Assembly: GCF_036588685.1 (NCBI RefSeq)
Contig: NC_086380.1
Location: 63,612,001-63,676,000, forward strand
Origin: Mytilus trossulus
Taxonomy: Eukaryota
Direction of reading: 5' to 3'
DNA: 64,000 nucleotides
The notes under the pieces are model-generated. The model searched no databases and was not told where the DNA came from. It saw only the letters and a program-made list of their open reading frames with translations. Position numbers and translations under genes: made by a program. Shown here one piece after another: positions 25,844 through 38,669 of the stretch; the first letter of the stretch is position 1, and every line of letters starts with the position of its first letter.

Positions 25844-26051
25844 CTGTAGATTCATTTATTTTCGTGGGTACCAATTTTCGTGGTTTGAGGAAAACTTGCA
25901 TATTGGTGGATATTTAATTTCGTGGTTTTGACAAAGTATACATACATTCCTTTACAAAATTTTTACTTCGTTGAGTATTTAAATTCGTTGTTCCCCTGTA
26001 CCCACGAAAGCCACGAAAATTGGTATCCAACAAATATTAATGAATTCACAG
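25844..26051. mobile_element. Tc1/mariner-like MITE
   Basis: CTGTAGATTCATTTATTTTCGTGGGTACCAATTTTCGTGG mirrored by CCACGAAAATTGGTATCCAAC..ATGAATTCACAG-TA; related split copy at ~53890-54665. Confidence 0.7.
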
Positions 26052-26588
26052 TAACAAAGAAGATATTCTACGTGAGGAACAGTAAAAAACCAAAACACAA
26101 GTCTCAAGTGCCGAGGACTATGGTGTTGTGTACGGTCCTGTGGTGGGCTGTGCGGCAACATTAAATGATCATGAGCTGTCATCAAGAAATGTTTATAAAC
26201 TGCCGTGAAAAACAATTGTTTAGATGATAAAAGTATAGAAAAGATATTAAGTGACTCAAAACTAATTTTGTAAAACAAAACAAGATAAGAACATAGATAT
26301 AAAATGCAAACAAACCTACAAATTGACCAAAACCAAACTTTTTCCTTTTTTTTTCCGTGTATGCACGTGGTGTATTATACACCGGATTAATTTTTAACGA
26401 ATATCATCCCCGTCTTATATGGTTGATTCATTCCTCCATCTGCTCTAAGTAACAAGTTAACATCCTGATCTGGATCTTTCAACAAGTGACACCTCCCTAA
26501 GTGATCTTGTTTAACTAAATATTATTGATTAATATCCAGTGGAACGATAATATATCATAATAGTGTATTTATAGATGTTTCTACTTAC

Positions 26589-26890
26589 GGAATGACTGTA
26601 ATATTTTTTCTGTCTATGAAGAAATAACATAAACAAATTGGTGCACACTGAATAACGTGCGTAGCGGGTTATTTAGCAGTGTGCACAACATTTTTTATGT
26701 TATTTCGAATAGACAGAAAAAATATTACAGTCATTTCTTATAATTTAATTCTCAATTCCATTTAAAACTGTAGAAAACCATGAAAAAAACGTTAATGACG
26801 TCACAGCCACATGACTGAATTATGTCTATGGGCTCATAACAAAATAACGTTAGCCAATCAGAAGACGCGTTACATCCAAAATTGAATTAT
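26589..26890. mobile_element. non-autonomous repeat with ~150-bp terminal hairpin (Crypton-like)
   Basis: Long inverted arms at ~26589-26660 and ~26670-26740, then AGCCAATCAGAA near the other end; similar inverted architecture at ~40345-40670; superfamily is inference. Confidence 0.5.
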
Positions 26891-27344
26891 TAAATCTTAG
26901 AATCACAAAATTTAAAACCTGTAAAAATCATTAGTACAAGTAAATTATCTTGAGCTTTTATGTTTTGTTATTCAAATATGGACGTTTCAAATTATGTAAG
27001 GTGTTCCAAGCTTAGACGATTGAGGGTCAACGCAGGTGTCAGGAAGGGTGTGTATTTCGTAGTCAACAGACATTACATGGGATGGTACTCAGTTCAAGTA
27101 GAAATTCCGTGAATAATACAGTTTAGTTATCATCTTCATGTTACCACTATCGAGACAAAAGAAAGATTGTGGAAGTGGAACCAATTATCATTTATGACTA
27201 ACATGGTACTACCAATGTCAAACATATTCTGTTTGAGTCCGAAATCGTTCAAATGTTTCCATTCATGGGATCTTTGATAAAATTGTCTAGCATGCAGCAT
27301 CAATGAATCATAGAATTAAAAAGAAATTATTTATGTATTATTGT

Positions 27345-27760
27345 CATTTTGTTTTATCTTCTGATATCTGACTCGGACTTCTCTTGAAATGAATTTTAAA
27401 TGTGAGTATTGTTATGCGTTGACTTTTCTACATTGGCTAGAGGTATAGGGGGAGGGTTGAAATCTCATAAACATGTTTAGCCCTGCCGCATTTTTGCACC
27501 TGTCCCAAGTTAGAAGCCTCTGGCCTTTGTTAGTCTTGTATTATTTTAATTATAGTTTCTTGTGTACTATTTAGAAATTAGTATGGCGTTCATTATCACT
27601 GAACTAGTATATATTGGTTTAGGGTCAGCTGAAGGACGCCTCCGGGTGCGGGACCTTCTCGCTACATTGAAGACCTGTTGGTGACCTTCTGCTGTTGTTT
27701 TTTATGTGGTCGGGTTGTTGTCTCTTTGACACATTCCCCATTTTCATTCTCTATTTTAGT
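27345..27760 (+). repeat. abundant interspersed repeat family B (SINE-like or retroposon tail)
   Basis: Ends GTTGTCTCTTTGACACATTCCCCATTTTCATTCTC.ATTTTA; fragments at 16325-16360, 42470-42570 and 43157-43198. Confidence 0.65.
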
Positions 27761-29066
27761 GCATCTACTTTTGCAACTTTTTGAATGTATTCAACCATTC
27801 TTTTGAAATTTAATTTTTTATTATTACTTTGTTCGAAAATTTTTGATATTCGTGCTTTACTTTCATCCCCGCGTATTGTGAATGTTATATTGACAAATAT
27901 ATAACATGCATTTTCTATAGACTTCATCAAATAAACAGGTAATTTATCCATATTGATAATAATTCTCTATGTTATTATCTAGGTCGATGTTACAGTAATA
28001 AACAAGCAGCTTAAAATGTCTTTGTGAAACAGGGACATCACAGTTTTTCAACATAGAAAAACTATTATAAGCTCATGCTGACATGGTATGAATACGGATC
28101 CTGGAAATCTTGGAAATCCTACATATATTGGAGATTTGTTTTCCTGCTGAAATTAATGTCCTTGCTTATTAAAGGTTGTTTGGAAAAAAATCGGGTTTAG
28201 GTTTCTAATTATGTTATTTGATGTATTTTATAATAATTAATATTTATTAATATAGAATTTTGTCTTTATTTGTGCAGTTTAATGCACTATCTAACTATTA
28301 GTACGGCGGCTTTATGAAAAATTGTGCACATCCTGCTACAAGCATGAAATTTGGCATAGACCTTCCTCAACTAATACTCTTTTATTTCAGATAGGGAGGC
28401 ATTTGAAAAAAAATGTCTCACTTCCGGTAAAATCCAAAATGGCGGACATCATACCTGAATGAGCCCAATATTGAAGGCTAATGTGTAAAAAGGTGTTATT
28501 ATCATGCTACTATCATAATATTTAGTACAAACCTCTGTTTTTTACTACTTTTAGATAAATTAAATAGATTAGATGTCTTTAGTAACCCTGCTTCTAGTAA
28601 AATCCAACATGGCGGACATTGTACTTAAATAAGCTTATTTTTAATGGAGGGTAATATATGTTTTTTGACGTATTGCTACTATCATTAAATTGCGCAGGAA
28701 AGTTTCTTTGGTGCTTCTCACATTGATACAATGTATAAGACATATGTCTTTAGAACCCTTACCTCCGGTAATATCCAAAATGGCGGACACAGAATTATCA
28801 ATTTCTTATTGTAATATTCAATTTTTTTTCAAAACGTTGTTTTTTTTTCTGTTCATTCAAATTTTGGCTTTAAGTTATTCTCGAAATCATTAGATCTATT
28901 CTGTTGCAAATGTTTAAAAAAAAAACAACACTTCCGGTAAAAAAACCAACACAATATGGCGTAAATTTCAAAGATGAGTCCTCAATCCATATTTTCGATA
29001 TAGAGTATTGGGTAGTTGATTAAAACAAAATAAAAACACTATAATAGTACTAAAATATTTTTAAAA

Positions 29067-29930
29067 TTACAACAATTTTCGGACAAAAATAACGGTCACC
29101 ACCACATGTACACATCGCAGTGCACGGGAGACCCGATTTTCCACATTAACAACGACCGCAGCATCCTTTCTTACATTTACAATGTTCACGCTTCTGACAA
29201 AATGATAAGGCCTCAAAAAGATTTTTTTTAAAGTTATCCTCTTTTTCCCCGCCTGGACTGGGTAGCATAAGAGCCAATCCAAAGCTCGTCTCTCTGAACA
29301 CCTACCTAAGTATATTGCATGTTTTACATGCTGGAAAAGATAAGTTGAGAGAAAAGCCAAAAAAAAACTTCCCTTTTGCACAAATAGTTATTTTCTTGCT
29401 TCGTTAACCATGTTAATCCCATTTGTTAAGTTTGTGTGATATTACCGTAAAACCCCGATGATTAAGGCTGATCAATCATCATTCTTTATGTTAAGGTCAC
29501 ATCTTTAAATGCAATCAATGTCTCCCACGCAGTCTTTTCTTTTCTTTTCAAGCAAAGAGAGAACCATATCACAACCGGTAAAGGCATGGATAACAATAAG
29601 TGTGTGTGATCACTCATTGCCTAGTGCATTTGAAAGGCCATTGATAGATATTAATCCAAAGTATGTTGCCCTCCCAAACACAATCCATAGTTCGTCTACC
29701 CGTATGTCATGGAGTGGGGAAACAGTTATGACAGCATCATAATTAACGACTGTTCGAATCATGACTCGTTTAAGTTCGTGTTTCATTGCATCAGACACAT
29801 GCACCATGATTCCAGTGTCTGCATCTAAATGTGAACTTGGTACTTAACTTGAAATACATCACGTGGTGGATAATATAGAGTATCCTGAGCATTTGTTGAT
29901 ACAACTACCATATCCATCAAAGACTTCATC
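29067..29930 (-). pseudogene. Academ transposase C-terminal relic (PIN/XPG-like nuclease region and CXC Cys cluster), left arm
   Basis: HLDADTGIMVHVSDA, ELWIVFGRATYFGLISI, HAFTGCD, KHAIY, LPSP, HCKCKKGCCGRC*CGKSGLPCTAMCTCGG. Confidence 0.8.
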
Positions 29931-29935
29931 AACTC

Positions 29936-31035
29936 TTGTTACAGTTTCAAGGTATTTTTATTTTTATTAAAGTAAGGACATATTACCCAATCATCATACT
30001 CGTTAGGAAACACCTTGAAACTGTAGCAACAGTGGATGTAGTCTCGGATGCGAACATAGACAATACTGGTAGTTTGAAAGCTGCTACAAGAACAAGAGCT
30101 ACATTGAGGGGAAAGAGAATACACAGAAAAATCCAGGGTAAAAAAATCCTCAAAATTGGCAAACTTGATGATGTTTCAAGTTTAGCACCATGTTTACACG
30201 AAGAGACTGATACTATAATCAAGATCGATGTGTCTGATGCAGTGAAACACAGACTTAACTGAGTCATGACTTGAACAGTCGATACTGATGTCATGGGGCA
30301 GAAAAACTTTTGTTTGCATTTGGAAGTGGAAAAAGCTTAAGATATATATCTATCCATGACTTTTCAAATTCACTAAACATTAAAAGATAACACGTTTGCT
30401 GAAAAGGAACTGTGTTAGTGACATAAATGGCGTTTGAAGATGTGACCTCAGCATTTAGAATGATGATTGATTAGCCAACATCACCAGATATGGATTTGAT
30501 AAATTAAATGTCATTGAAAACAATACGTGGTTTTGTTGTAAGATTGAAAAAAAAACTAATCAGATGGGGTTAACAAAGTAAGAAAACATGCGTTTAAATG
30601 ATGATATATCAGCCTAAATCACCGTTTTTTTTTTCTGTAAGATCGCACAAACTTATCAGATGGAGCTTATATGATTAACGATGAAAGAAAATAACTATTT
30701 GCACAAAAAGGAAGGCTAATTATAATTGAGGCTATTCCCTCAACTTGGTCTAATCTTTTCAAGCATGTAAAACGTGCAATATACTAATGCAGGTGTTAAG
30801 GGGACGAGCTTAGGAGTGGCTCTTATGCTACCCAGTCCAGGCACTAAAGGATGGCGAAGGGACAAAGAGGATCTCTTTTAATAAAAACTCTTTCTAAGGC
30901 CTCATCATGGCATCGGGTGCAAGAAAATTGGTACCGTTTATTTTATTTGTCAGAAGCTTGTACATTGTGGATGTAAGAAAGGATGCCGCGGTCATTGTTA
31001 ATGTGGAAAATCGGATCTCCCGTGCACTGCATTTT
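29936..31035 (+). pseudogene. Academ transposase C-terminal relic, right arm
   Basis: VDVVSD..SLKAATR..RGK, LAPCLHEETDT, TVDTDV, FAFGSGKSLRYISIH, KRAIY, HCGCKKGCRGHC*CGKSDLPCTA. Confidence 0.8.
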
Positions 31036-32054
31036 GATATTTTGAAATTCACGTCAAATTTTTACCGGAAGTGTCAAATTTGTATTAAACATGTACAACA
31101 TGATAGAATTAGTGGTTTTGGGGATAACTTAAGCCAAAAGTGTAATGACCAGCACACAAAAAAATCATTTCATTAACATTTTAAAAAAATTACCGGAAGT
31201 AAAGGTTTTTAAGACATATGCCTTATACATTGTATCCATCAGAAGCCCCCAAGAAAGGTTCCTGCACAATATAATGATAGTAGCAATACGTTAAATCACA
31301 TTTCAATTACCCTCCCTAAAAAACTAAGCTTAATTAGGTACAATGTCCGCCATGTTGGATTTTAACCGAAGTAGGGTTTTTGGAGACATCTGATCTATAT
31401 GATATATCCAGTAGTAGTACATAACAAAGGTTTGTATCAAATATAAGGCTAGTAGCATGATAATAACACCTTTTCACATACAAGTCTTATATACAAGATA
31501 TTAGGCTGATTCAATTATGATGTCCGCCATTTTGGATTTAATCGGAAGTGAGACATTTTTTTTCAAATGCCTTCCTATCTAAAATAAAAGAGTAATATTT
31601 GAGGAAGGTCTATGCCAAATTTCATGCTTGTAGCAGGATGTGCACAGTTCGTCTGAAATATGCTTGTAGCCGCCGGACTATATGTGAACCTTTCTTCCAA
31701 ATCGAAATGTGTAAAACAAATAAATCCTGTGCTCATAGTTGCTTTAAACTAAAAATTTACTAATGAAGTGGGTGATTAAATTTCTTAACTTTTACATACA
31801 AATAGAATATAATTAAATCAAAATTACAACTACAAACGATAAGACACAAAACAATATCCGATCAGAATTACAAAATAAACTTTATACCTAAATACACGAA
31901 CACTGGATACACAAATACACAATCGCGTCTTATAACAATGTGAATAACATTCATCAATACAGTTATATTCGGAAACATTCGGTTCTTAAAAGACCCGACG
32001 ATGTAAATTGTAAAATCTTAGACATAGTACAAATCGTATGGACTAACCAACTTT

Positions 32055-32432
32055 TCAGTTTGTTTTTTTCAAAAGCGAAAGTGGCCGCATCCGTGTTCAT
32101 CCTCAACCTTCATATATGTTATGTATTATCATCAAATACAACTTACATCTCAATATTGTAAATGAACACGAATGCGGTCACTTTCATTTAAGACGGACAC
32201 CGTCTAAAATTCAAATAAAATGCCGAAATTGTAAAGATATCAGTAATTTAGCATGACTTTATGGTGCTAGTACCCGATATATGTGCATTTTATTTTAAAA
32301 AAAACAGCCCATATTTATGTAGCAGAAGCATTCTTCTTTCCAATAAATAGGTTAAAAAAGAATCATTTTCACAATTTTGTGAAACTGCCCTATTTGGGGG
32401 TAAAAAAATGGATCTTACTGAACCTACTCCTT
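32055..32432. mobile_element. right half of the 20054-20889 MITE family
   Basis: Collinear with 20270-20889 without the SINE; ends TGAACCTACTCCTT. Confidence 0.75.
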
Positions 32433-34653
32433 TATGCCCCATCTACAATACCATATGTTTTACAAAATGAGTATGATGCACTTTACACTTGAACAAATAA
32501 AGACAACTGTTACAGTAGTATTTCGTTTTTCAATAGTCATACATCTATTGAGAGAAAACAAATCCGGGTTACACACTAAAACCGAGGGAAATACAATTAC
32601 TATAAGAAGAAATCAAAAGCACTAGAGGAACACTGAAGTGAAAACAAACGCCAATATATATACATAGAAACAAACTTTTTGATAATAACCGTCACTTGGA
32701 ACAGGGTATTTTAAGAAAAAGGGTGATTTGAACCTGGTATAATGGCTAGCCAAATATCACACTTTATGACAAAATTTAAAAAAAAATCGCTAAAGTGACA
32801 ACACTACGGGACAGAAAAACAGCACAGACACACGCAAGAACATTCATCATAGAGAAACGTGCACAAACAAAACACAACATGCAAATTTTGAACAACAACG
32901 AACATATTCCACAGGATATCACAAACTGTGACGCGCTTACGTAAATTACAAGCAATCTTGATGTTAAATCGAATGTCAAGTGAAAGGACGTTCCTAATAA
33001 AAAAAAATGATTATGAGTATGTTTATGCTATGAACAATTGAGATCTCATTTAAAATGAATGAAAAAGATATTGGTATTATTAACAAATATCTACATTTCA
33101 CACAGCATTACTAAAGCCAATAATATTTTAGGTTCCATTAACCGGGCATTGAGTTGTAAACATGGTTAAGGCTGATCTTCATTTCTATACATATATTTTG
33201 CATTCGTATGACTACGTTTGTAATAAAGTATAACTAATAGCACCCACTTTTAAAAAAATAAGTATTTTTGAGAAAATAATAAATAAACATGAAATCGCTC
33301 TGCCGCTCACATACATTATTCTGCGCGACAGTAAAACCAGCTGATATATGTATAGTCATTTATCTCTATTTTTACGATTCTTGCATAAAACCAAACATTT
33401 CTTTACAACAAATGCAATAGATAGCAAACGTTTAACAGACATATTAAAGATGTATAGGGGATGCAAACCAATTGAGGTTATATAAAGCAGGTTAATTATT
33501 AATCTCGAGCTAAAACTAACATAAATACAAATACAAAACCTTCGTTGCACGATGACAAAACGAAGCTAGAGTAACTTGCGTTGTTTAACCTTTGTACATT
33601 GTGACTTCAAAATGTAATATACATATTTTTATGTTGTTAACTTGTCAATGCATGCATTATATTATAGTAAATGCATTTATTTTAAAAAGCTCAAACAATT
33701 TCTGACAGTGTATCACATTATTCCCTGATTTCAATTAAAATCATCATTTGTACATACATTGCAAATTTCAATGTTCTATACATTTTTTCCAGCTTGTGTT
33801 GACCTCCGACTTTTTTAATTTACTTTGTTGATTATTTTGCTTTGAGAAGAGGAGTGCGTTAAATTGATTTATACATTTCAATTTTTTACTTTATTGTATT
33901 ATTCATTGTAGTTGTATTCATATTGTTTTTTTATTTTGTTAGACATGTACTGTCTGCTAATGGTAATTGAGTTATCTACCTTTGCACATTGTCTATATAT
34001 ATTAGTGCTTTTATTCGGGTATCTTTACAGTTAATTATATTAGTCCTATATGTGGAAAAAGAACCTGTATGGTATACGATTAGTAATAATACACATAACA
34101 TGATATGATTAAAAAATCAGTGCAATCATGTTAGCTCCGCTTTTTTTTGTTTCTAGATTAGTTTGTCGAACACAATACATTATATTAGACCAATAGTTCA
34201 CCAATGCGTCCTTGATTTAAAATTCACAAACTTAATAATAGACCGCCTAAACAAAAGGTTTTGTTAAATCTACATACACGAAAGGTCGTAGTATCACAAA
34301 TGAAGCAGAACGATAATTTCAGTCATGTTTTTGAATAACTTGTTTTCAAATCTTTCGTTTTAATGAAATTTTTTTAATTAAATATAAAATTAGACGAGTA
34401 CATGCAAAGTAATACCTAAAACATGTAAAAATCATTTTACAAAACCGATAAAAGCGAGTAAAAACAAAACACATTAAAACGAACGATTATTACAACTACA
34501 TCTGGATAAATAAAATAGATATTAAAGTGAACTCATTCAATGATTGTTACAGCCATGTTCAATGAGTATGCAGCTAATTGTTATATTTTTGTTTAGCAGG
34601 TTTGCTTGCTACCTGAACCTTGAAGTCAGTGTTAGGTTAGGTAAACTACCCTC

Positions 34654-34696
34654 TTTTTGGCCACGAGCATCACTGAAGAGACATGTATTGTCGAAA
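34654..34696 (+). ncRNA. truncated family-2 hammerhead (stem I 5' strand to GAAA)
   Basis: TTTTGGCCACGAGCATCACTGAAGAGACATGTATTGTCGAAA, then an abrupt switch to an inverted family-1 copy. Confidence 0.7.
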
Positions 34697-34720
34697 AGGT
34701 ACCAGGATTATAATTTAGTA

Positions 34721-34763
34721 GGCCAGACGCGCATTTCGTCAACATAAGACTCATCAGTGACGC
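34721..34763 (-). ncRNA. minimal type I hammerhead ribozyme (family 1) in retrozyme fragment 34697-34812
   Basis: Reverse complement GCGTCA-CTGATGA-GTC[ttatgtt]GAC-GAAA-TGCGCG-TC^TGGC; intact core, GUC triplet. Confidence 0.85.
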
Positions 34764-36457
34764 TCATATCAAAATGTTAATTAAGCCAAACAAGTACAAA
34801 GTTAAAGAGCATGGCGGATAAACATTTCAGCCTTAATGTAACTCTATTGTATTACATGACCTCTTTGGATCTGCCTCTGAAATGCAGGCCAAAAGCCTAT
34901 AATCCATTGATTATTTTTGTTATTACTGCTGTCTATATCAAAAAGAAGATGTGGTGTGATTGCCAATGAGACAGATGTTCATAATACCAAACGACACAGA
35001 AATGAACAACTATATGTCACCGCATGGCCTTCAGCTGCATAGACAGCTATAAAAGTCCCGTTAAACAATGCAAACAAGGAAACTAACGGCCTAATGTCTG
35101 AACAAAATAATGAACGAAAAACAAATATGTCACCAACGAATTACACGCTCCTTGCTTTAGGACAGGCACATACAGAATGTGGCAGGGTTCAACATGTTAG
35201 TGGGCACCCAACTAGTCCCTAGCCTGGGACAGTGATGTAATCGTAGATAATGTCGTATTTAAATTCTATCAAATTGAAAATCGCACGCGTGTATCCGTAC
35301 CAATTAACACTTTCCTATAGATAATGATGTTTTTTAACATCTGCAAAATACCTCCGAGAGTGTTTCAATAATATAACGCATATTATAGCTTGCTGTCTGC
35401 ATGTTATTGTGGTATATATATATTTTTTTTAAACATGATCATTGATTAAAACCATATCAAAGCATAATTTAATACATGAATAACTCATTGACAAATACAA
35501 TATTGTGTCAACGAAGCGTACAGTATAAAAAGGTGTGATAATAACGAAGCGTACGCACCATGAAAATAAAGACATTTTAAAATGTGTCAATTTTTGTTTC
35601 TAGATACCACATAAACCTTCGATTTTCATAAGTTTGTTAATTTCTACTATGATTTTTTTTGCAAATGTATGTTTAAAAACTATGAGGCACGAGAAACATT
35701 AAGTTTCGGATATTTAAAAATACCAAGCATGCTTTTGTAATCGATATTTCCGTGCGTTTTTTTTTTTTATTTTTTGTCTATAAAAATGTCACAAATTAGA
35801 AAATCGTTGTATTAAGTAATGAGTACTATGGCAAAGAATATATTAGGGCTAAATACCCGGAGAATATATACTGGATTTTCTTTAACAGTATCAATTCTTC
35901 ACTGTCTGAACTCATTGGTACACGGTGTGTTCGATTCAAACGAGTCATCTTCCGGATTCATCTGTATCGGGGTTATACGGGGTGTGATATGAAAATTCTA
36001 CTGTGGAATTCTTAATGAGCACATAACACTCCGCATAATTGTAAAACGCTTTAAAACAATTTAAAAGTCTTGAGACAAGGATTTGACCAGACCAGACACA
36101 GTTTTATACACATTTTTTTTAAATTTCCGAGCGATGTTAGTAATTCTCTTTTTGTACAATCTTTGCTACATAGCGAACTCAAACTAACGTATATGTTTAT
36201 CAGTTTACGTCACTAGGTATAAATTAAGGCACATGACTATTCTATAGCGGGAAATATTTTTTCGAAAATAATAAAAGAAAAAAAAAGAGCAGACAGAGAA
36301 ATCAAAGAAACAACACACAGGAAAATCATCATACTCGAGAGAAAAGGCAAATACTACCTATTCTTTTCAAAAATTTGGCAGTTTTGATTGTGGAAGAAGA
36401 GGCTACTGGACCGAATATTGTCAGGGAAACACTGAAAATACTTATGGAGTTACCTCT

Positions 36458-36990
36458 TAAAGGGTCAAGGGGCACTAGCTACGATATATATATATTAGAT
36501 CTATGATGATTTATTTTGTTCAATGATTAATGAAAGTGGGATAATGAATTGATATAGCTTTTAACAGTTTAAATCTTTTCAAATTAAGCTTAAAAAAGTG
36601 ATTATGAATTATCCATTTGCAAGTGATTACTAATGTTTTGACCTCATATAATCTGAAGTCATCTGAACTTCAATTTAGCCCCTTAGCTAGAGATGGATAC
36701 CGGGTTCATTGTAGTGATTGACTGATTCGATCCACAAAAAATCATTCATATAAAAAACGATCATTAAAACCTATTTTTAATCTATAATATGAAATTAAAC
36801 AGACATAGTAAAGACCACATGCACGAGACTGATATATATATATTTATGTCTACATTTATTTTTATATCACTTATATGGTAATCGGAGGTCTTCGGGGCTC
36901 AACGCAGCAGTTAATTAGAAGGCGTCTAGACTAGAATACAAAATAAATTATCAAGTCAATACCCAGTATATTGTTTATTTTAGACTTATT
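36458..36990 (+). mobile_element. possible TTAA-type non-autonomous DNA element, one end only
   Basis: Starts TTAAAGGG..GGGGCACTAGCT; matching end not found before the Gypsy relic. Confidence 0.3.
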
Positions 36991-37075
36991 TTATAATTTG
37001 GATAAATGTTTTACATTGTTAATAATCAAATGTGTGAATTTGAGTCTAATAGGAACTTGACATATATACATGTAA

Positions 37076-37938
37076 CGTAGATTCCCTTTTAAGTTAGTAG
37101 CTAGTTTAAAAGATTTCTCTTTGTCAGACCATGTGTTAATTGCTGCAATTAAATCAAACTGAACTAAGTAGTCTTCCAAATAACATCCCCATCATTAAGT
37201 GCTGGTTTCGTTTTTTAATATTTTTATAAGTTAATATCATTATCACTCTAAAAAATTGATTAATTGCTAATGCCAGCATTATTTAGATTACAGGTTATAT
37301 CATCAGTATGGTATTAGTGTTCGGTCCAATTTACCTACTGAACGTTAAAGATAATGCTTGGTACGTTGCTCCCTAATCTTATTCTAGATAAATCCCCAAA
37401 TCCCGTCTACCTCGTCGGGCATCAGATTCACAAAACGTTGTGAATCGTCATGTATTCCCCGAGTCTCTCTCAGCAGTATCCATTTATTTCTGACTTCATA
37501 ACCCATACCTATACCCTCTGGCAGCCTCGTTCGAAAGAGATCTTCAATTCGGTTTTACTGTTTGCGAAAGTGTTTGTGTGTTTTGTATGTAATTCTTCGA
37601 ATTGATGATTGTAGAAATAACAATCAACTTATATTAGCTTTAAGATGCATCAAATATCAACAATACAGATATATATTGAATGACTTAACAATATAACAGC
37701 CTTATATATAGATAAACATACTATTTACTGCCTAACATGAATTAAATGAAAATTAATATCGGAAAAAGATTTACCAAGAAAGTGTATACTTATCGTAATT
37801 TGGGAATCGTCAAATTGTAAAACCATTGCAATGCCATAATAATAATTTCCCTATCGAGAAGTTACTCCCTAAATTATCCAAACGAAGGGCCGATTTGTTA
37901 AAATGCCAGAAAAGGCCATATACCATGTGTTAGTAACA
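37076..37938 (-). mobile_element. Ty3/Gypsy LTR retrotransposon 5' relic (LTR, PBS-like site, gag fragment)
   Basis: Gag-like KPALNDGDVIWEDYLVQFDLIAAINTWSDKEKSFKLATNLKG (~37076-37212); degenerate PBS TGAAGTCAGAA (37488-37498, cf. TGGTGTCAGAAG); candidate LTR start TGTTAC at 37938. Gag is solid, LTR limits are tentative. Confidence 0.6.
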
Positions 37939-38365
37939 CGAGGTGTTATATGACCAACTGGTGTGAGATGTTCTTCGGTTAAATTATATCTTATCTTATC
38001 TTATAGACGATAAAACCGTAAAAGACCAGGACAAATACAGATATTCATAGATTCAGAATGAGAAAAACAGCATCCCATTTTAATTTGTTCGCCATTATTT
38101 GGCTTCTTAACAAGTAACTTGGTATAGAACATTTTGCATAAAAAGGGTGTAAATAATTAAACAAAATTAAAAAAAAAAAAAAACAATATTATTGGCCTTG
38201 TTTTTTGTAGGAATACCTGTTCAAGGTATGAAATAGATGACGTGACGTATTTTCATGTACTATAATTAGCATTTATCGGGCTATTTAAAATATGATTTAC
38301 CTATCTTATCGAATGAAAAGAATTTACGGGAAAATGGCTCTACCTATTCCATGTTAACAAAACTT

Positions 38366-38578
38366 TGAATTTTTCAAAGAACTAAGGATTTTCTTATCCC
38401 AGACATATATTACCTCAGTCGTATTTGGCACAACAGTTTGGAATGTTTCTTAATGCTCATCACTTTTGTACGTGTTTGGTTTTATACATATTTTGATATG
38501 AGCGTCGCTGATGAGTCTGATGTAGACGAAACGCGCTTCCGGCATACTTAAGTATAATCCAGGTACTTTTGATAACAT
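38366..38578 (+). mobile_element. retrozyme-like repeat, family 1, with hammerhead at 38502-38545
   Basis: GCGTCG-CTGATGA-GTC[tgatgta]GAC-GAAA-CGCGCT-TC^CGGCAT; collinear with the inverted copy at 34697-34812; stem III carries one mismatch. Confidence 0.8.
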
Positions 38579-38669
38579 AAGAAAGTTTTCTTTATGTAAT
38601 GCATAGTTCACGACGAAATCAAAATTGCGGGTTCATTGCATGGTTTTTTATTACACAAATGGTCTTATC

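Larger units (their letters stand above)
28299..31680. mobile_element. Academ-derived fold-back DNA transposon
   Basis: Ends TAGTACGGCGGCT / AGCCGCCGGACTA, TAT on both flanks (28296-98, 31681-83), long inverted arms with repeated AATCCAAAATGGCGGAC motifs, transposase relics in both arms. Confidence 0.85.

Noticed and set aside
22190-27330. Host-gene exons suggested by GTAAGT (22369), GTGAGT (24993) and a GC-richer stretch at 27000-27310
   Set aside because: No sustained reading frame or recognisable domain; splice-like motifs alone are expected by chance
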